A stretch of DNA of 64,000 nucleotides from Balanoglossus misakiensis (GCA_040954595.2 CM082588.2:9718844-9782843); one strand, 5' to 3'; shown: positions 1 through 13,491, numbered from the stretch's first letter. Program-made: numbers and translations. Notes: generated by a model from the sequence alone, not told the origin.

Positions 1-365
1 TCTTTCCTGTGGCATCTCTATAAGTTTCACCCAGTAACGAATACAACATTGTGTGAACATACACTGGCAACCGCCCACATTCTCCAATTACAGCTTCATT
101 GGTAGTGCTCCTTGGCACACCTAGAAAAATTCTGCACCATGTTCTTTGCACTTTTTCTATGATGTCATAAAACTCAAGTCTCCGATCCATAACAAAGAAT
201 GAGTAAGATCATGGCATCAAACACCTTGAAGTGACATTCAAATGGCATATACCCTAGTTTCCACCTGGCAACTGAGAGTAGAGACAACACCTTGCTGGCT
301 TGATTAGCCAATGTTTGCACTGCTCTGGACCAGGTGTTGCGATTAAACAAAAGTGAACCTAGGAG
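1..365 (-). mobile_element. Degenerate non-LTR retrotransposon (LINE, RTE-X-like) ORF2 fragment downstream of the RT domain
   Basis: Minus-strand translation across one frameshift gives WSRAVQTLANQASKVL...KVFDAMILLILCYGSE(x)GLEFYDIIEKVQRTWCRIFLGVPRSTTNEAVIGECGRLPVY, a typical post-RT LINE pattern; it runs off the window edge. Confidence 0.75.
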
Positions 366-2825
366 TTTGAACAATGTCCTTGTAATAGACAGGTTTTGGT
401 TGAGACAGGTTTTACTGTATTTTGATACATGCTCTGGCTTAACCATTTCACCACCATGGTACAGTCCAAACCCGTTGTCTTCTATGGTAAGGTTGGACCT
501 CTAAAAAGGGAACTGGGAGGTTCTTTCTGGGAATCTCTTTATTTCTTCTGTCACAAAAATTGCATGGGAGTTCTAATTCTAAAAGGAGCACTGATTTGAT
601 AAAATATCTCAAAGTCAAGTTTTGGATGTGGCTCCAGTTCAAGTATTGTAGGTGACTAGTTTTCCGGAGTTCAAGTCTGTATACTTGCAGTAGAGTTGGT
701 CACATGGACTTGGGTAATCTGAGTGTGGTCAGAAATTGAACTTACACACACACATTGATTGAGTTAAGAACATGTCTGGTGTATTACTGTAATATGACTA
801 GATACTGCAAATGCATAAACAATAAGCGTATGTTAAAATACACAGTTTTCATTGATATATCTGATTCATGAAATTAAATACACATGTTCATTAAAACCCA
901 CTATGATAGAGCGCCCCCACTGTTCAGAATGTCAGTTTTGAAGTCCTACATCTATGACGTCATGCCTAGCTGTCAATGTTAACTGATGTGTACTTGTACT
1001 ACTTGTAAATGGAAGTACTTTAAAGTAAAGCTCAGATGTAAGGGTTTTGTAAAATAAATATAATATTAAAACATTGCAATCATTTTAGTCCTTCGGAACA
1101 GCGGTCCAATTGACTAATGTGATCACTCTGTGTGCGGCATATGGCATATTAAGCATTTAGTATTTTTCAATCAGAAGCCATTAATCCTGTGATTAATTCT
1201 GTTTCTTGCAACACTGATTTTAAATCACCACACATGAATATTTTTATCCAAAGGACTGTGGTGCCCAAGTTTTTATAAGATAAACAAACAGTGAAATTCA
1301 CTGAAGAAGTGAGTGAGCACTTGCCCATTCATTGTTCAATGAAAGGTGACCACCAATTCATTGACGCCTTGAGCATAGCAACAACAACCTGTGTATTGAC
1401 GATACTGCCTGTAGCCTTTCAGTTGATGTTGCTTGATGTACATATATGACTGGAGTTGATCATTTGTGTTTTTTGTTGCATTGTTATTTTTAACAGCGTA
1501 TTAAGCAATTTTTTGTTTGAGTTCTTCATTCAGTGATGGTAGCTGACTAAAATCAGTGATGGTCGTCAGGTTGTGTATTTCAATTTTCAGGATGACTGCT
1601 TTTGTAATAAATTCACAAGTTCTGTGACCGTCACAATAGTGTTCTGAATTATTGGTTTGTTTTCCTGTAGTGTGCATTTACATGTTCCCAGATAGGAAGT
1701 TTTAATGGGTATTAGTGTCAACATCCACAAGTGACTTGAGGCCAGTGAACTTGCAGTTGTGTGTAGTTTGGATATTAGCTTGTGGTGATATTAACATGGC
1801 GAATATCAAAATAGTACAAACAAATGTTTAAAACAGGACATATCCATAGCTTTCCCTTTCATAATTGGACTGTATTGTTATTGAAGTACAAAGACTTTCC
1901 AGCAACATGACATGGCTGGATTTTTTTGTAGGAAACAAGTCCGGCTGCTATTTGCTGTCTTTGTATTACACTACTAGTAACATCTCCATTTCTAGCTTTG
2001 CACCTCACATTCAATGAATAGACCTGTGGATGTTTTGACACTTCTCGTCAATGAATGTGTATGGCTGCAGTTTATCAAATGATACACAAATCAAAGGAAC
2101 AAACAGTGACTTTTATTTCTTTTGAGAACCTTGCATTCTTATATTTAAATGCTCACTTACTGGCCCCAATTGCAAAATAGCAACATTTAATACATGCGAT
2201 ATTCAATGCGTTTACAGTATTCAAAAATGTTTGAAATTGAATATTGTGCCAAAGAGTGGTGTTGTCAGTCCAAATATCAAAGCATTGAATGATTGTTCAC
2301 AGTTTCCTGTATGGTTTGGCCCACCTCTTGTGAAAAGATGACTTGTGATATAGTGTTGTACATTGAAAAGAAATATATATACAAGGCATGTATTTTAAAT
2401 AATTCATATTTTCAATCTAGAAGTGGGAGCTGCTTCCTCAAGATATAATTGATTGTCAGAATGAAAGGCAAGCAATTCACACAAGTTAACTCCAACACAA
2501 CAACTCTTCAATTAAATAATTGACATCAGATAACCACAAAGGCATTATTCAAATAAATTGTATAAATGCAGTTACAAGATTTGATGTCTGAAATTTAATG
2601 ATAGGTGTAGATTTTGTCAGCATTTCCCTTCCTGGGTTTCTTTGCGATTAGTTGTTTTGCGTAGTAGAATGGAACAGTGCCCGGTCCGGATTGGTCACAT
2701 TAATGTTCCGAGAGAAAGTTAATTTGGCAACTGCTCATTGTATGAAAGGTCATAGGGTTAAGATGTCTTATGTCAAAGTCACTTATGAATCCCTTAAAGA
2801 TAAATGTAACCTATCTTATTGACAG

Positions 2826-2876
2826 ATAAGCCAGCAACAACAGAGAAATGTTATACACCCAAATGCTATCAACGAG
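2826..2876 (+). CDS. MED25: Putative internal exon of the Gln-rich MED25-like gene (ISQQQQRNVIHPNAINE)
   Basis: CTTATTGACAG acceptor and GAG|GTGAGC donor; 51 nt, phase 0-0, compatible with the exon at 6097. Confidence 0.45.
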
Positions 2877-5021
2877 GTGAGCTTCTGTCTATCTAGGAAA
2901 TGGTGCCACACTGCTACTGATAAGGACAAAAAAAGAGTTTTGTTTAGCGCGTAGGAAAATGTCAAAAATTTTAGTTATGGTAAACAACCAACACGCAAAC
3001 ATTTATTTTCTTTTCAATTGTTTGATAAAATTATTATAACTATCCCAAAATTTGCAGCTTGTGTGCCTTTAAAATTCAAATTCCTGTCCAAAGGGTGTCT
3101 ACCCCTGCTGGTCAACTGTTATATAGGCAATTTACACAAACACGTACCAGTATAGATTCGACCACAGTCCTGTTGGCAAACATGCTCCAATGGTCTTTGC
3201 AGACAACCATCATAAATGCATGAAACGCAGCACGCTCATTCAGTCCGATAATAGGTGCTAAAACATAACATTTTGACATCACTAACATTTTTCCCAGTGA
3301 CCAAATTTTCCCAGTTTGAATCGACTGTTGATTTTGTGGAAACATTAACATGGCCAGTTTTGTCCAGTGGCTGTGATTGAAACCATCTCCAATACCAGAA
3401 AAATGCTGATCCAAAACAAACGTTAAGCACAAATTGTCATTTTGACTCGTATACTCAGAGTTTCGGAAACTTGATCAAGTAATATGACTTCAGAGAGGGG
3501 GGAGCAGTATCCCCTTCCATTTATTGGCTGTTTAAACAGATGTGTCAGTTATGTTGAAGCATTCTTCTTGCTTTATGCAGATGCAATTTGCGCCCCCATC
3601 CTCTACATACTGTAATCAGTCTCAGTGTTTGCCTGCTCGAGATTGTCAGTTTTTCATAAAAAGGAAATATTCATTTAAATTAAGCTTTAAATAATCTTAT
3701 ATATGATTTTAATTATGTCTATTAAATGACATTTCATAATATATCAAGATCAACACTTATGTATGACAAAACAGGCCAAAAATGAAAGTAAATCTAAAAT
3801 TCCTGTATTTTTTAAAAAGTGCAATTTTGCAATGAAAAATGAAAATCTAATGTCTCAGCGGTGTACATTTACTTGCATGAGTTCTAGTGGAGGAGATCAT
3901 GTTTTGTTTATGAAGTTCAATAGTCAGAAATGCAACATTTTCATTGTTTCTTGCATTTCCCACGGTGGCAGCCATATTTCTTTATGGCAAAGCTTTATTA
4001 TTTATCTAGTTAAAACTTGCAAATGCACTCATATTTAGGGTTAAAAATACTTGTATACAGTTCAGTGCCTACATCTGCATGGACTAATACTAGTAAAGTT
4101 TGAAAAAAAAATGATAATTATCCCTAAAGTTTCAACTTATATGCCTGTAAGCGACATACCTTGTATGTGCATGAATTTGTCGTCAACCAGAAACGGATTA
4201 CTTGTATGAAAATGTTTGGAGTTCTCGCAGCTATTTTAAATTCACCACTATTATCTTGGGCTGGCCATCTGAAAGGCAGCATGGTTGTCAAAGGATAAAT
4301 CTTTTATGTCAACCGAGCAACATATTTAATATCATGAAGTGTACACAACATTTGCACTGCTGGAACTATCATGACCACAATACTTGTTTACTCACCATGG
4401 AGGTCAACTGGACCCCTATAAAAACGGTAGAACCGTTTTAATCCAGCTGACTTTCGAATTGCAAAGTACCGTCACAATCAAATTTGATAAGCCTATTTAT
4501 ATGCATTAATTCAAGTTTAAAGGAAAACTCATGAAAAAATGTGCGTTTTGGCAGCTATGGAGGTTTACCCCACTGTGTTCACTGATCAGGTTTGCAAAAT
4601 ACATTCAACCTTATGTAGTATGGTAATCAAACACTTAAAAATGTGATGTCATATAACAAAGGCCTGTTGAAATACCCTGAAAGAAATAAAGTGTCTGTTT
4701 TACTTCTTACAATATACCATGCCAACAATTCTGCTGATGCAAAATTCAGTTGATGCAACACTTACAGATGTATGCACAGAACATAAAATCAGTATGGGAA
4801 CCCTCCATTAAAACTTCTGCACTTTGTACCTGACTTGGCTATTGTCAAGTCGTGTCACTTAATATGTAATATTACCTGTAATCTGTTTGGTTTTGTTATT
4901 ATTTTGTTATTTCATGCGTCCTTGAGCTTGGTGGGTGACACACTTTACACACCTGCTTGTTGCATGCATGGCACTATTTTTTGACTAAAAATGTTCCTTC
5001 CAGGCCATTAAATTACCTATA

Positions 5022-5197
5022 CAGTAAAACTCCAATTATCCGAACTCCAATTATCCGAACTGTTTGGTTATCCAAACTGCTGTCATGTCCCCCAAACAGT
5101 TCTTTTGTATAGGATCGCTATCCGAATAACCGAACTGTCTGCATATCCGAACAAAATCAATGTCCCCCTGTCAGTTCGGATAATTGGAGTTTTACTG
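5022..5197. mobile_element. MITE, Tc1/mariner-pogo (Tigger-like) type
   Basis: Perfect 25-bp TIRs CAGTAAAACTCCAATTATCCGAACT / AGTTCGGATAATTGGAGTTTTACTG, TA on both flanks, internal ATCCGAAC subrepeats. Confidence 0.92.
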
Positions 5198-5353
5198 TAT
5201 TGGGATATATCTTCATTTTGGCAATTTGTACGATGGGTAAACACTATTTGACGGGCGGAGAAGGCCTGCTTATTGATATGTATTCTATTGCAACCAATCA
5301 GTACACATAGTTAGAGACTGCTCAGCATTCCAGATCTTATATCGAGAGCGGCC

Positions 5354-5846
5354 ACTGTTTCGCGAGTATAAATTTTCGCGTTCTCTTATTTCATTCACTG
5401 CATCGTTATCTTCAAAAAAATTTACGTGACACTTTATTTTTACACTATTTTGGCACTTGCGTATTTGGCGAAAATTTATTGCTCGCGAAAAATTAAAGCC
5501 GCTTGCATACGTGCCATTGTTAGGGCGCCCTTTTTGGGATTATAAAATTTGGTAAACATTTCTTATCAGTGACTCAAATACTTTTGCATGCACATGTGTA
5601 TAAAAGGGACAGGGTCATCGCCCTCTACGCGCGTCCACAGCAGCGTGACTAAAGGTCACAATGTTCACACGTGATTTGAGTCGCTGTTTAGTGCAGCGCC
5701 CCGACCCAGGTCCCACCCCTCAACACCGTCCCCAAAAAAGCCGCTCTCACCTTTTCACACGTGGCACTTACAAATTAACGCCGCCCTAGGGCCGCTGCTG
5801 GGGCGGCGTTGATGGCACGTGTGAAAGGCACTAAAGTGTTTTACAG
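5354..5846. mobile_element. Degenerate TA-type MITE (TCGCGA-rich, ends GTTTTACAG-TA) interrupted by a second element
   Basis: Removing 5497-5831 and one TAA restores CTCGCGAAAAATTAAAGTGTTTTACAGTA, the same kind of end as the MITE at 8047-8254; the left end is poorly defined. Confidence 0.55.
5497..5831. mobile_element. PIF/Harbinger-like MITE nested in another MITE
   Basis: Imperfect TIRs (GCCGCTTGCATACGTGCCAT vs reverse complement of ATGGCACGTGTGAAAGGCAC), TAA(AG) duplicated on both sides, GC-richer than the flanks. Confidence 0.6.
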
Positions 5847-6096
5847 TATGTACTTTTTTAATCCCTTCAAATATTTGAATATGATTAATTCCATGATAAG
5901 TGGGACAAGAAACCACAGTTGATACCCCAAAAAAATATTGAGAAAATAACCCGAAGTTGGAGTTACTGAGCTTTAAATTGATTTCAATAATCTCCCAAGT
6001 GAAAATTGGCTGAAGCTCCTGTAGTCAGTTACCTGTTGGTAGATTGACACATGACAATGATTGACTGTTTACACTTTTCTTTGTTTGATCTTTTAG

Positions 6097-6315
6097 AGGA
6101 ATATTCAAGCACTGCAGGAGAATCTAGAGATGGCACAGAAAATAAGAACTTGAATTGAAAAATCAGCAAGATCAACATGCACGACAAAATCAACTCATAA
6201 CACAAAGACAACAACAAAAGCAATTACAAAGATAGCCCAACAACAACAACAAGCAGTGCAAGCACAGCCATCCAATATACAATCAACAAATCAACAACTA
6301 AGACACCACTTTCAA
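6097..6315 (+). pseudogene. MED25: Disrupted exon of MED25-like gene (coiled-coil plus LxxLL-box region)
   Basis: TTTTAG acceptor, CAA|GTAAG donor, 219 nt phase 0-0. Reads RNIQALQENLEMAQK then hits TGA (6151-6153) after an apparent +1 at ~6143; the shifted frame gives KELELKNQQDQHARQNQ...; the original frame resumes by ~6232 with IAQQQQQAVQAQPSNIQSTNQQLRHHFQ, which resembles the MED25 NPQLRSLL/LRHLL motif from memory. Confidence 0.6.
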
Positions 6316-7467
6316 GTAAGTTGTCACAATAATGTGAACAGTGAATATTTTGAAAACCAAGACTGATACCCGTGTCACTCCTGGGAATTGTTATGTGGGG
6401 AAAAATAAAATCATTTTTCTCAAAAAAGGAGCTTTCTTGATGTTACAAATAACATGGTCTGTGCCATTCCCGAAATTATCTTAATGTATTTGGGACCTGA
6501 CAGTCACACAGAATAAATTCAAAGCACTATTTGCCCAAAGCAGACCTAAATTACAGACAGAGGAATACAACAAATCTTGTCTCATTCTTATTTTCAATTC
6601 TTCTAGTTTTTCCATGGTATCAGTGTGGAAGCACTGATGATAACCTCCGTCAGACAGTTTTAAATGCAGACAATCGTCTTACTCTTATGCACATATGTGT
6701 AATTTTGTGTGTACAAAATAAGATCAAATCCAAATATCTGCAAATTTTATGTGCATGCATTCAAATAGTGGACTGCCTTCACTTCCTTTCATATTTCTTG
6801 CCCACCATATATATATATATATATATAAAGAAGACTTTCATTTTGTCTCTTCTTTTCACTCAATTTGCTGTTTTTTTTCCTAATTTACGACACAGAGTAT
6901 GGTTGCCGCCATCTTGTCTGTTGTATAGACAGAATTGTGTCATTGATAAAGTTTTTGTAACCAGAATCTCTGCTTTGGCACATGCGCATTAGACGATCAT
7001 AACCCTTTAACAAAAGTCTGCTTAGAATTTAAATCACATTGTTTTCAAAATGTCTGCATCTGATTACATGGTGAATTAAAGCTGAAAGCAGTGTTGTTCA
7101 CTGGGCCCAAGCGATTCCCAGGGTTTCTACAGAATGCCAAGGATTATCTGCTGTGGATACCAGAAATTTTGTCAAAAAGTTTTGATCCTAAACTGATTTA
7201 TGTCCTACAAAATCCAAACTTCTAGATCTATTGGTTCGCCTAGAATTAGGCGTGTACATAATTAATTAGGTCAATGGGGGTCCTGAAATTAACCATCAAA
7301 TAGTAGACACGACACGACTATACCCGAAATTACAGTTACTTTATGCCTCCCTAAATTTCAGTCTGATTGACAAATGTGAAGAACGTTAAAGAGAGCTGTC
7401 TCCTGATACATTGCCGCTTTCTGTGAAGTGACTTTAAAAAGAAAACCATTTTGTTTGCATTCAACAG

Positions 7468-7758
7468 CAACAACAAAAACAACAAGCTAGCGGTACACAA
7501 GCAACCATTCCACCACCACCACCACAACAACAACAACCAGCAGCAACACAACAAACATGGCAACAACAACAGCAGTTCTTACAACAACAGCAATCACAAC
7601 AACAACAACAACAACAGCTGTTACTAGGACAACAGCCACGGCCGCGACCACAGGTACCTCAGATGGGCTTGGCACCCAGCATGCAACAAACACAGCAACA
7701 ATCAAGTGGTAGTCTGCTGGCTGATGACATGAGTCTTTTTGATATTCTGAATCAATAA
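7468..7758 (+). CDS. MED25: Terminal Gln/Pro-rich exon, MED25-like C-terminus
   Basis: TTGCATTCAACAG acceptor; 96 open codons QQQKQQASGTQATIPPPPPQQQQ...QPRPRPQVPQMGLAPSMQQ...SLLADDMSLFDILNQ*; acidic/hydrophobic tail like human MED25 MEDDILMDLI. Not in the ORF track (no start codon). Confidence 0.7.
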   Translation, partial: QQQKQQASGTQATIPPPPPQQQQPAATQQTWQQQQQFLQQQQSQQQQQQQLLLGQQPRPRPQVPQMGLAPSMQQTQQQSSGSLLADDMSLFDILNQ

Positions 7759-8046
7759 ATTCATACAGGAAACTGACTATAATGAACACGAGACTGTAGA
7801 CTTTAATTAAACAGATCAAATAACACAGAATGGTTATTCCAGTGTAGTAACAGAATAGACTTGTTCTGTACTAATTCTTGCATTAGCTTTACTTTGTTTC
7901 CATCGTAATACCTTATTTCAATATGACCATATTTGTATGCGAGACAGATGTAACTGGTTGTCAGTGTCTATCGTAATACAAAGTCTGCCATACACAAAGC
8001 AACTATGCATTGTCTTCTGGTGTGAAAAAAAGATACTTAGGATGTA

Positions 8047-8254
8047 CTGTAAAACAGGAAATTTTCACGAGCGATAAATTTGCATGAATCATGCAAGAGC
8101 CAAAATAACCTGAAAACTAATAAGTCGCAAAAAAAATGTTTTTCTGAAATAATGATGAATTGAAATTCGAGAATGCGAAAATTAATCATTACATAACAGT
8201 CGCCACTTTTGATATTGCGAAAATTTCCTTTTGGGAAAATTTCATGTTTTACAG
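8047..8254. mobile_element. MITE with TA target duplication (Tc1/mariner-type)
   Basis: TIRs CTGTAAAACAGGAAATTTTC / GAAAATTTCATGTTTTACAG, flanked by TA. Confidence 0.85.
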
Positions 8255-8271
8255 TATATACCCATTTTTTC

Positions 8272-8598
8272 TGCTTCCAAAACGAACATTTAGAGTCATG
8301 CATGCCACTGGCCCAATAAAACCTGATAGCTCTTGCTGGGAATTGTGATGTAACTAGTATCCCCCTTGAAGTCACGCACATAAACTGATCAATGGTGATT
8401 GTGTGTAAAGATACAGTGAAGGCAAGGCTAATCTAAAGTCAAAATGGTACTCATCCTTAACAACACATGTATCCTTTGACCAATCAATGGAAAAAAAAGT
8501 CTGTGATTGACTTCAAAGTGATATTAATTACATCACAATTCCCAGCAAGGGGTATCGTGCTTTATTGGGGCAGTGGCATGCATAGTTTTTGGAAGCAA
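8272..8598. repeat. Fold-back (inverted-arm) element remnant
   Basis: ATGCATGCCACTGGCCCAATAAA...TTGCTGGGAATTGTGATGTAA (~8298-8353) is inverted at ~8529-8583; outer TGCTTCCAAAA / TTTTGGAAGCA pair. Confidence 0.7.
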
Positions 8599-9910
8599 AG
8601 CTGACAAAATACAGCTATATACTAGACTAATATTTCATTAATGCCTGATCATTAAACTGAAGAACGTATCTCTAAAATTGCTCTCTATTTCTCCCTCAGG
8701 GAAAAGAGCAATAGACAAAACTTTGAGTGACAGATCTTCCAGTTGTGGACTTATCATTTGTATTACCCAATCACAGACTTTGTGTTATTGGTCATTTATC
8801 TGTCCAATTTTAATACTCTTGTGTTCAGTGGAGCATTACACCAAAGAAGTCACACTATGACAGTGACAATAAAACACTTGCAAAAACATGGATTGCTCAG
8901 GTCAGCCTATCTGGTTACAGATTACCTGTGAACTAACTAATCCAGCTATAATGAATGTGTTTCATTATATACAGAGAATTGTAGGTTGTTTGAGACGTGT
9001 TAATATCACACTCTAGCATGGGGCAATGTTCACACGTTTATATTTATCATGTGAAAGCCAAAAAGTCACCAGCTCTTGATGTTCATTTTTTTGGAATAAT
9101 TTGTTATGATCTGATTGCTGAAAATTGAATTGAAGCTGAACCTACAGCATATGTGTGGACATAACATGTTTATACTTCCATGTAGTAATTTGTGTTACAG
9201 CCAAACAATTAAATAACACCATTATAACAAAATTAACGAAACTCACCCCAGGGCTATCACTAATTTGAAGGGATGCTGATCCAGAGTTAATGGTTCATTG
9301 GGGAGTCTAACAGTGTTTTGAAATGTCACATTGTAATTTGAAAGTTAGGCTTGGGTAGTGACAATGTTATTACATTGTTGTGTACAAAATTTGAATGGAG
9401 CTCTATGAAAAGAGAAAAGTGGTGTGTGGAAAAAATCAGTCTCTGTGCTAATATCAAGTGCCTTCATTCGACTCTCAAGGAAAGTTTGGTAAAACAATGA
9501 ACTTTTTGTGTGTCAGCATTATTGGGAAAGATTAAGCCCACACATGTATTCAATTTAGATAAAAATGGAAAATTACCATCAGCCTTTTTTCTTAGCACTC
9601 TCACCTTTCACCCAATTCCCTGTGTAGACATCCAACTTTCCAGCAGGAAACAATGGATTTGGACCGAACCATTCGTTCACTTGAATATATATGTAATATC
9701 TGTATGTATGTAACACCTGTATTCTTTGCAGTCATCATTTAATCATTTATTCATGAGAACACCTTTCTAGTAATGATAGAACTTACAGTCTATTTGATGA
9801 TCTCAATTATATGCAAACCACCAGGATGTTTCATTTGACTAATGAACTCAAGGTAATGCGCCACCATAGTGTAGATTGCTGATATAAAAGGACACCATGC
9901 ATATACTTAG

Positions 9911-10236
9911 TCAGTTCACCTCTGTATCCAGACCGGCCACATGTATGAACTGAAGATGTCTATGTTCAATTTCAGGTTAGTTTTCCTTGTACTTTACCTG
10001 TAGCTTGAAGCATTTTTATATAGGTGCATTCTACTGGCTCATTTTAGCACAGGTAATTGGTGTCTGAACTTGCGTCAAGTCTTCAATTGTACTTCTGTAT
10101 TTTTCACTTGCATGAATTTTTGTGTATTCTGCTGTAGGTGAACTCCCATACATGTGCGTAATTTATCAGTTCACCTGTGTAGCCAGACCGGCCACACATA
10201 TGAACTGATGATGTCCCTGTTCATTTTCAGTTAAGA
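9911..10236. repeat. Short direct repeat (~70 bp, 255 bp apart)
   Basis: TCAGTTCACCT.TGTA.CCAGACCGGCCACA..TATGAACTGA.GATGTC at 9911 and 10166. Confidence 0.75.
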
Positions 10237-11339
10237 AATGTTATAGGCCTATGTCTTGTGAAACCTTTAAACCATGTTGGTGTGTTTTGTGGTGAACGGC
10301 AACACCCGTGACAAGTATGTTAGAATCAAACTATTAGATGCATGTGAAGAAATATAGTCTGTTATAAGGAAGTGACTGGAGTGAAGGAGACCTCGTACGA
10401 CGAAAAGTACTTTAATAGACTCGAAATGCACTCAAATTACAATTGAGATATAATGCATTTATATATGCTTAAAAAGGTAAGTTAATGAATGGTGTCAACA
10501 AAATAAACGTTCATGATACATTTAGATCATTTTCTCGTCCAGCTAGGGGGTTCAACGTCAAAAGGAAAGTTCACTATTCAAATGCAAATAAAGTCATTAA
10601 AGAGTCCTAATCTCTTCTATCCAGTGACCATAGTAGCCAAACAATTAAAATCACATGTTTTTAATATCAATATTCACATACATTGCTTTTTACTTTTCTT
10701 GAATTTCCTAACATTTTTTTATTTTAACAAAAACAAGAGCCTTTCATGACCACTTATTGACTTTCGAAAATATTTCATGTAATCAGCCATTCATTTTATG
10801 TGTGTGTGAAGAATGACCCTCTGAGGCTGTTGAATCATGTATAGTGCTGAAGGGGAGGGGGGAGGACACCATTCCTCAATTTTGTTGATTTTGCATAAGA
10901 TGCTAAGTTGGTATTTTCCACATATTGCTTTTTGTACTGAGAATTACTCAGTTCTTAAGAAGAGCTTTTGACTAACATTTCATTGTATTTACAAGACTGC
11001 CAGAGTATGTAAATATTATATGCAGCATTAGGAAGGAATATCTTTGATATTTTTATTCCAACAATTTTCCTATCATGATAAATAAGTAGACAGATATATC
11101 ATGTTAGGATTTTTGCATACTTAAAATAAATATTCTGATAAAATGAGTGCTTTTGTCTGTCTCTTTGATTTCAGGTGAGGATCAGTATTTGTTGTTGCTT
11201 TTCCTGCACAGATTCCAATCAGAAGGCAATTGTGATTACCAGTATGTTCTGTCTGATTGAAGTTTGAGTTTTCTTAGGACCTGAATATCGCTCTAACAAA
11301 TGGTTTGCTTTCAGATGTGGAGTTAAGCGCTGGTGATAG

Positions 11340-12000
11340 TTTTGGCTATTCTGTTCTCTCACTTTGGCTGTTCTGTTCTCTGTTTTTGTCTGATCTCGGA
11401 CACATTAGCTGAAAACTACTGGTCAGATTTCTTTGAAAATTGGTATGCATATATCTTCTGCCAACATCACAGAGCTCTATAAGTTTTGACCTTATATCGT
11501 GAATTTTCTACTTTTTATGACTTTTGTCATTTTTTCCACATCTTCTATGAAAGTGATTGGTCGATTTCTCTAAAAAAAATTCAGTATAATTATAAAGCTT
11601 CCTATAGGTGATCTTTGTTTTTTTTTCAAATTGTTGCTAAGTTTGCGTATTTGTAATTATGGGCCAAATTTTGCAATTTTTGGTCAAAATTCGTTTTCTC
11701 GGAAATCGCTTGTCAGATTGCTTTGAAAATTGGTAGGCATGTTTTCAGGGTTAAGCAATTGTGAGTTGTGTTAAATTTTTGCTGAAATGTGCATATTTAT
11801 GTTCTTGAGGTAGGGCCTAACTGTTGCAATTTTTCGTCAGAAGTTTTTGTCCTTGAAACCACTTGTTAGATTGCTTTGAACTTCGGTAAGCATGTTCCTT
11901 ATACTGATTGATGTAAGATATTGTACAATTATGGTGATGTTTGAATATTTGAGTTTGGCAGTTTTGGGACAGTTTTTTGAAATTAGGTCATATCAGCTCG
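11340..12000 (+). mobile_element. Helitron/Helentron-associated non-autonomous repeat remnant with ~150-bp internal repeats
   Basis: Recurrent CAGATT(G/T)CTTTGAAAATTGGTA(G/T)GCAT motif at ~11424, 11714, 11867; family assignment is by resemblance only. Confidence 0.45.
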
Positions 12001-13004
12001 TGTGGTATTAGGTCAATAACAACAAATTAAGTCCAAACGTTGGCCACGCTTCCTACTTTAATATAGCACAAGTATGAAAAAACGACCAGTTTGTGTTACG
12101 TTACCTGCTTTCATTGAGAGCAGCGCCCGCAAGTGAGTTTTTTAGAAAATTTGATCAAATTCATGATGAATCGAATTGAATCGACGTTTATTCCAGCTGG
12201 GAGCACTTTATAGACTACAAAGTTGTTTTGTTAGATGGGTAAAATTTAAGACCACTCGACCAATGCAGAGCGAAGTTGTCAAAATCGACGAAACAAAGCG
12301 AGAAAATGGCAATTTGCGCTGTCGACATATTTCTTCTCCTGCCTCGAATTATCAATCCCATGGAACCCCCCCCCCCCCGGCGCGCCCGAAAAAAATATAT
12401 ATCAATCAGAGATCATCATAAAACTCGACTATGAATCGGACATGAAATCAAACTCGACGATGGAAAAGCAGCCGATTCCGAGATAAACGCATCCCGATAG
12501 GATGAGAACTCCGCCATGTGACTTCATCTAATTTCTCTGCAAACATGGAGGGGTTGTACGTTGGTAATGTGTTTACAAAGCAAAGTTAAGACATAAGTCC
12601 GAACATGACCGTGGTCCGAAGCTTGGACACTCTTATCAAACAGAGCAGTACAGTGTGTGGAGACATCGCCCGTAAGACACACCACCGGCCCTGCCACACT
12701 GAGCTGCAATATGCTCTTGGCTCGTAGCCGTCCCAGTCGGTAACAAGTCGTTACGGCACTTATTCTTATCGGTTCGGCCTTTAATGTACGCGACCCCGGC
12801 CGTTTCGTCCTAGCTGCAAACCGATTCTTCAATTTGCAGTTCAGTAAAGTTGGCGAACGGGATAGTCTGTTAACGGAAAACGCAGGCCTATACACAGTGC
12901 TGGCGAACGGGACAAAAGGCCACAATAAAAGCGAGCGTGTTTTCAGATCAGTGGGACTATCATAACACGAATACATAACGTGTGGAAGGGCTAGGCCTAA
13001 TTTT

Positions 13005-13491
13005 CTCCTGAGAAAGTTCAATTCGTGTTCTGTCGATGTGAAATTGCGTTTATTTAATGCTTTTTGTAATAACATTTATGACTTTCATTTATGGTGCGAT
13101 TATAATATCCGGAATATCATCGTATGTCACAACAATGCACTTCGAAGACTTCTTGGTCACCCGGACACGAAAGTGCCTCTAAAATATTTGTTCTAAACGC
13201 CGTAAACTGCTTCTCCGTCATGAGAAGAAAAGTCGCTTTTAATTTTTCTGTTCGTCTCTGTACTAGTCCCAATGTTTTGATCAATCGTCTTGTCTCATGA
13301 GATATGCGCTTTTATGGACTACATGCCCACTGGATTGACATTTTACATTGATTCTTAAAATTATTATATTTTTTACATTTATTTTATTTATTACTTTTCT
13401 AGTGTTTTTGTCAGTTTTTGTAACCTATTTCTATGGACGGTTGTGTCTGAAATAAAGATAAATAATAATCATAATAATAATAAAATAATAA
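13005..13491 (+). mobile_element. 5'-truncated LINE (RTE-X-like) 3' end with simple-repeat tail
   Basis: Translates with small indels as RKFNSCSVDVKLRLFNAFCNNIY...LWCDYNIRNIIVCHNNALRRLLG...ESASKIFVLNAVNCFSVMRRKV..., then T-rich UTR, AATAAA and a (TAA)n tail at ~13455-13491. Confidence 0.75.

Noticed and set aside
1330-2350. Possible decayed envelope-like or other coding sequence on the minus strand
   Set aside because: Many stops and shifts and only vague cysteine spacing; not supportable without BLASTX.
7351-7819. Minus-strand poly-Val/Leu membrane-like ORFs, and a Thr-rich mucin reading on +
   Set aside because: These are alternative frames of the CAA-rich exon; only the Gln frame is open from the splice acceptor to a sensible C-terminus.
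8700-9420. Possible exon after the CTCCCTCAG acceptor
   Set aside because: All three frames close quickly and no family is recognisable.
12524-13075. 183-aa minus-strand ORF
   Set aside because: No recognisable motif; it starts antisense within the LINE fragment, and the higher GC makes long open frames likelier.
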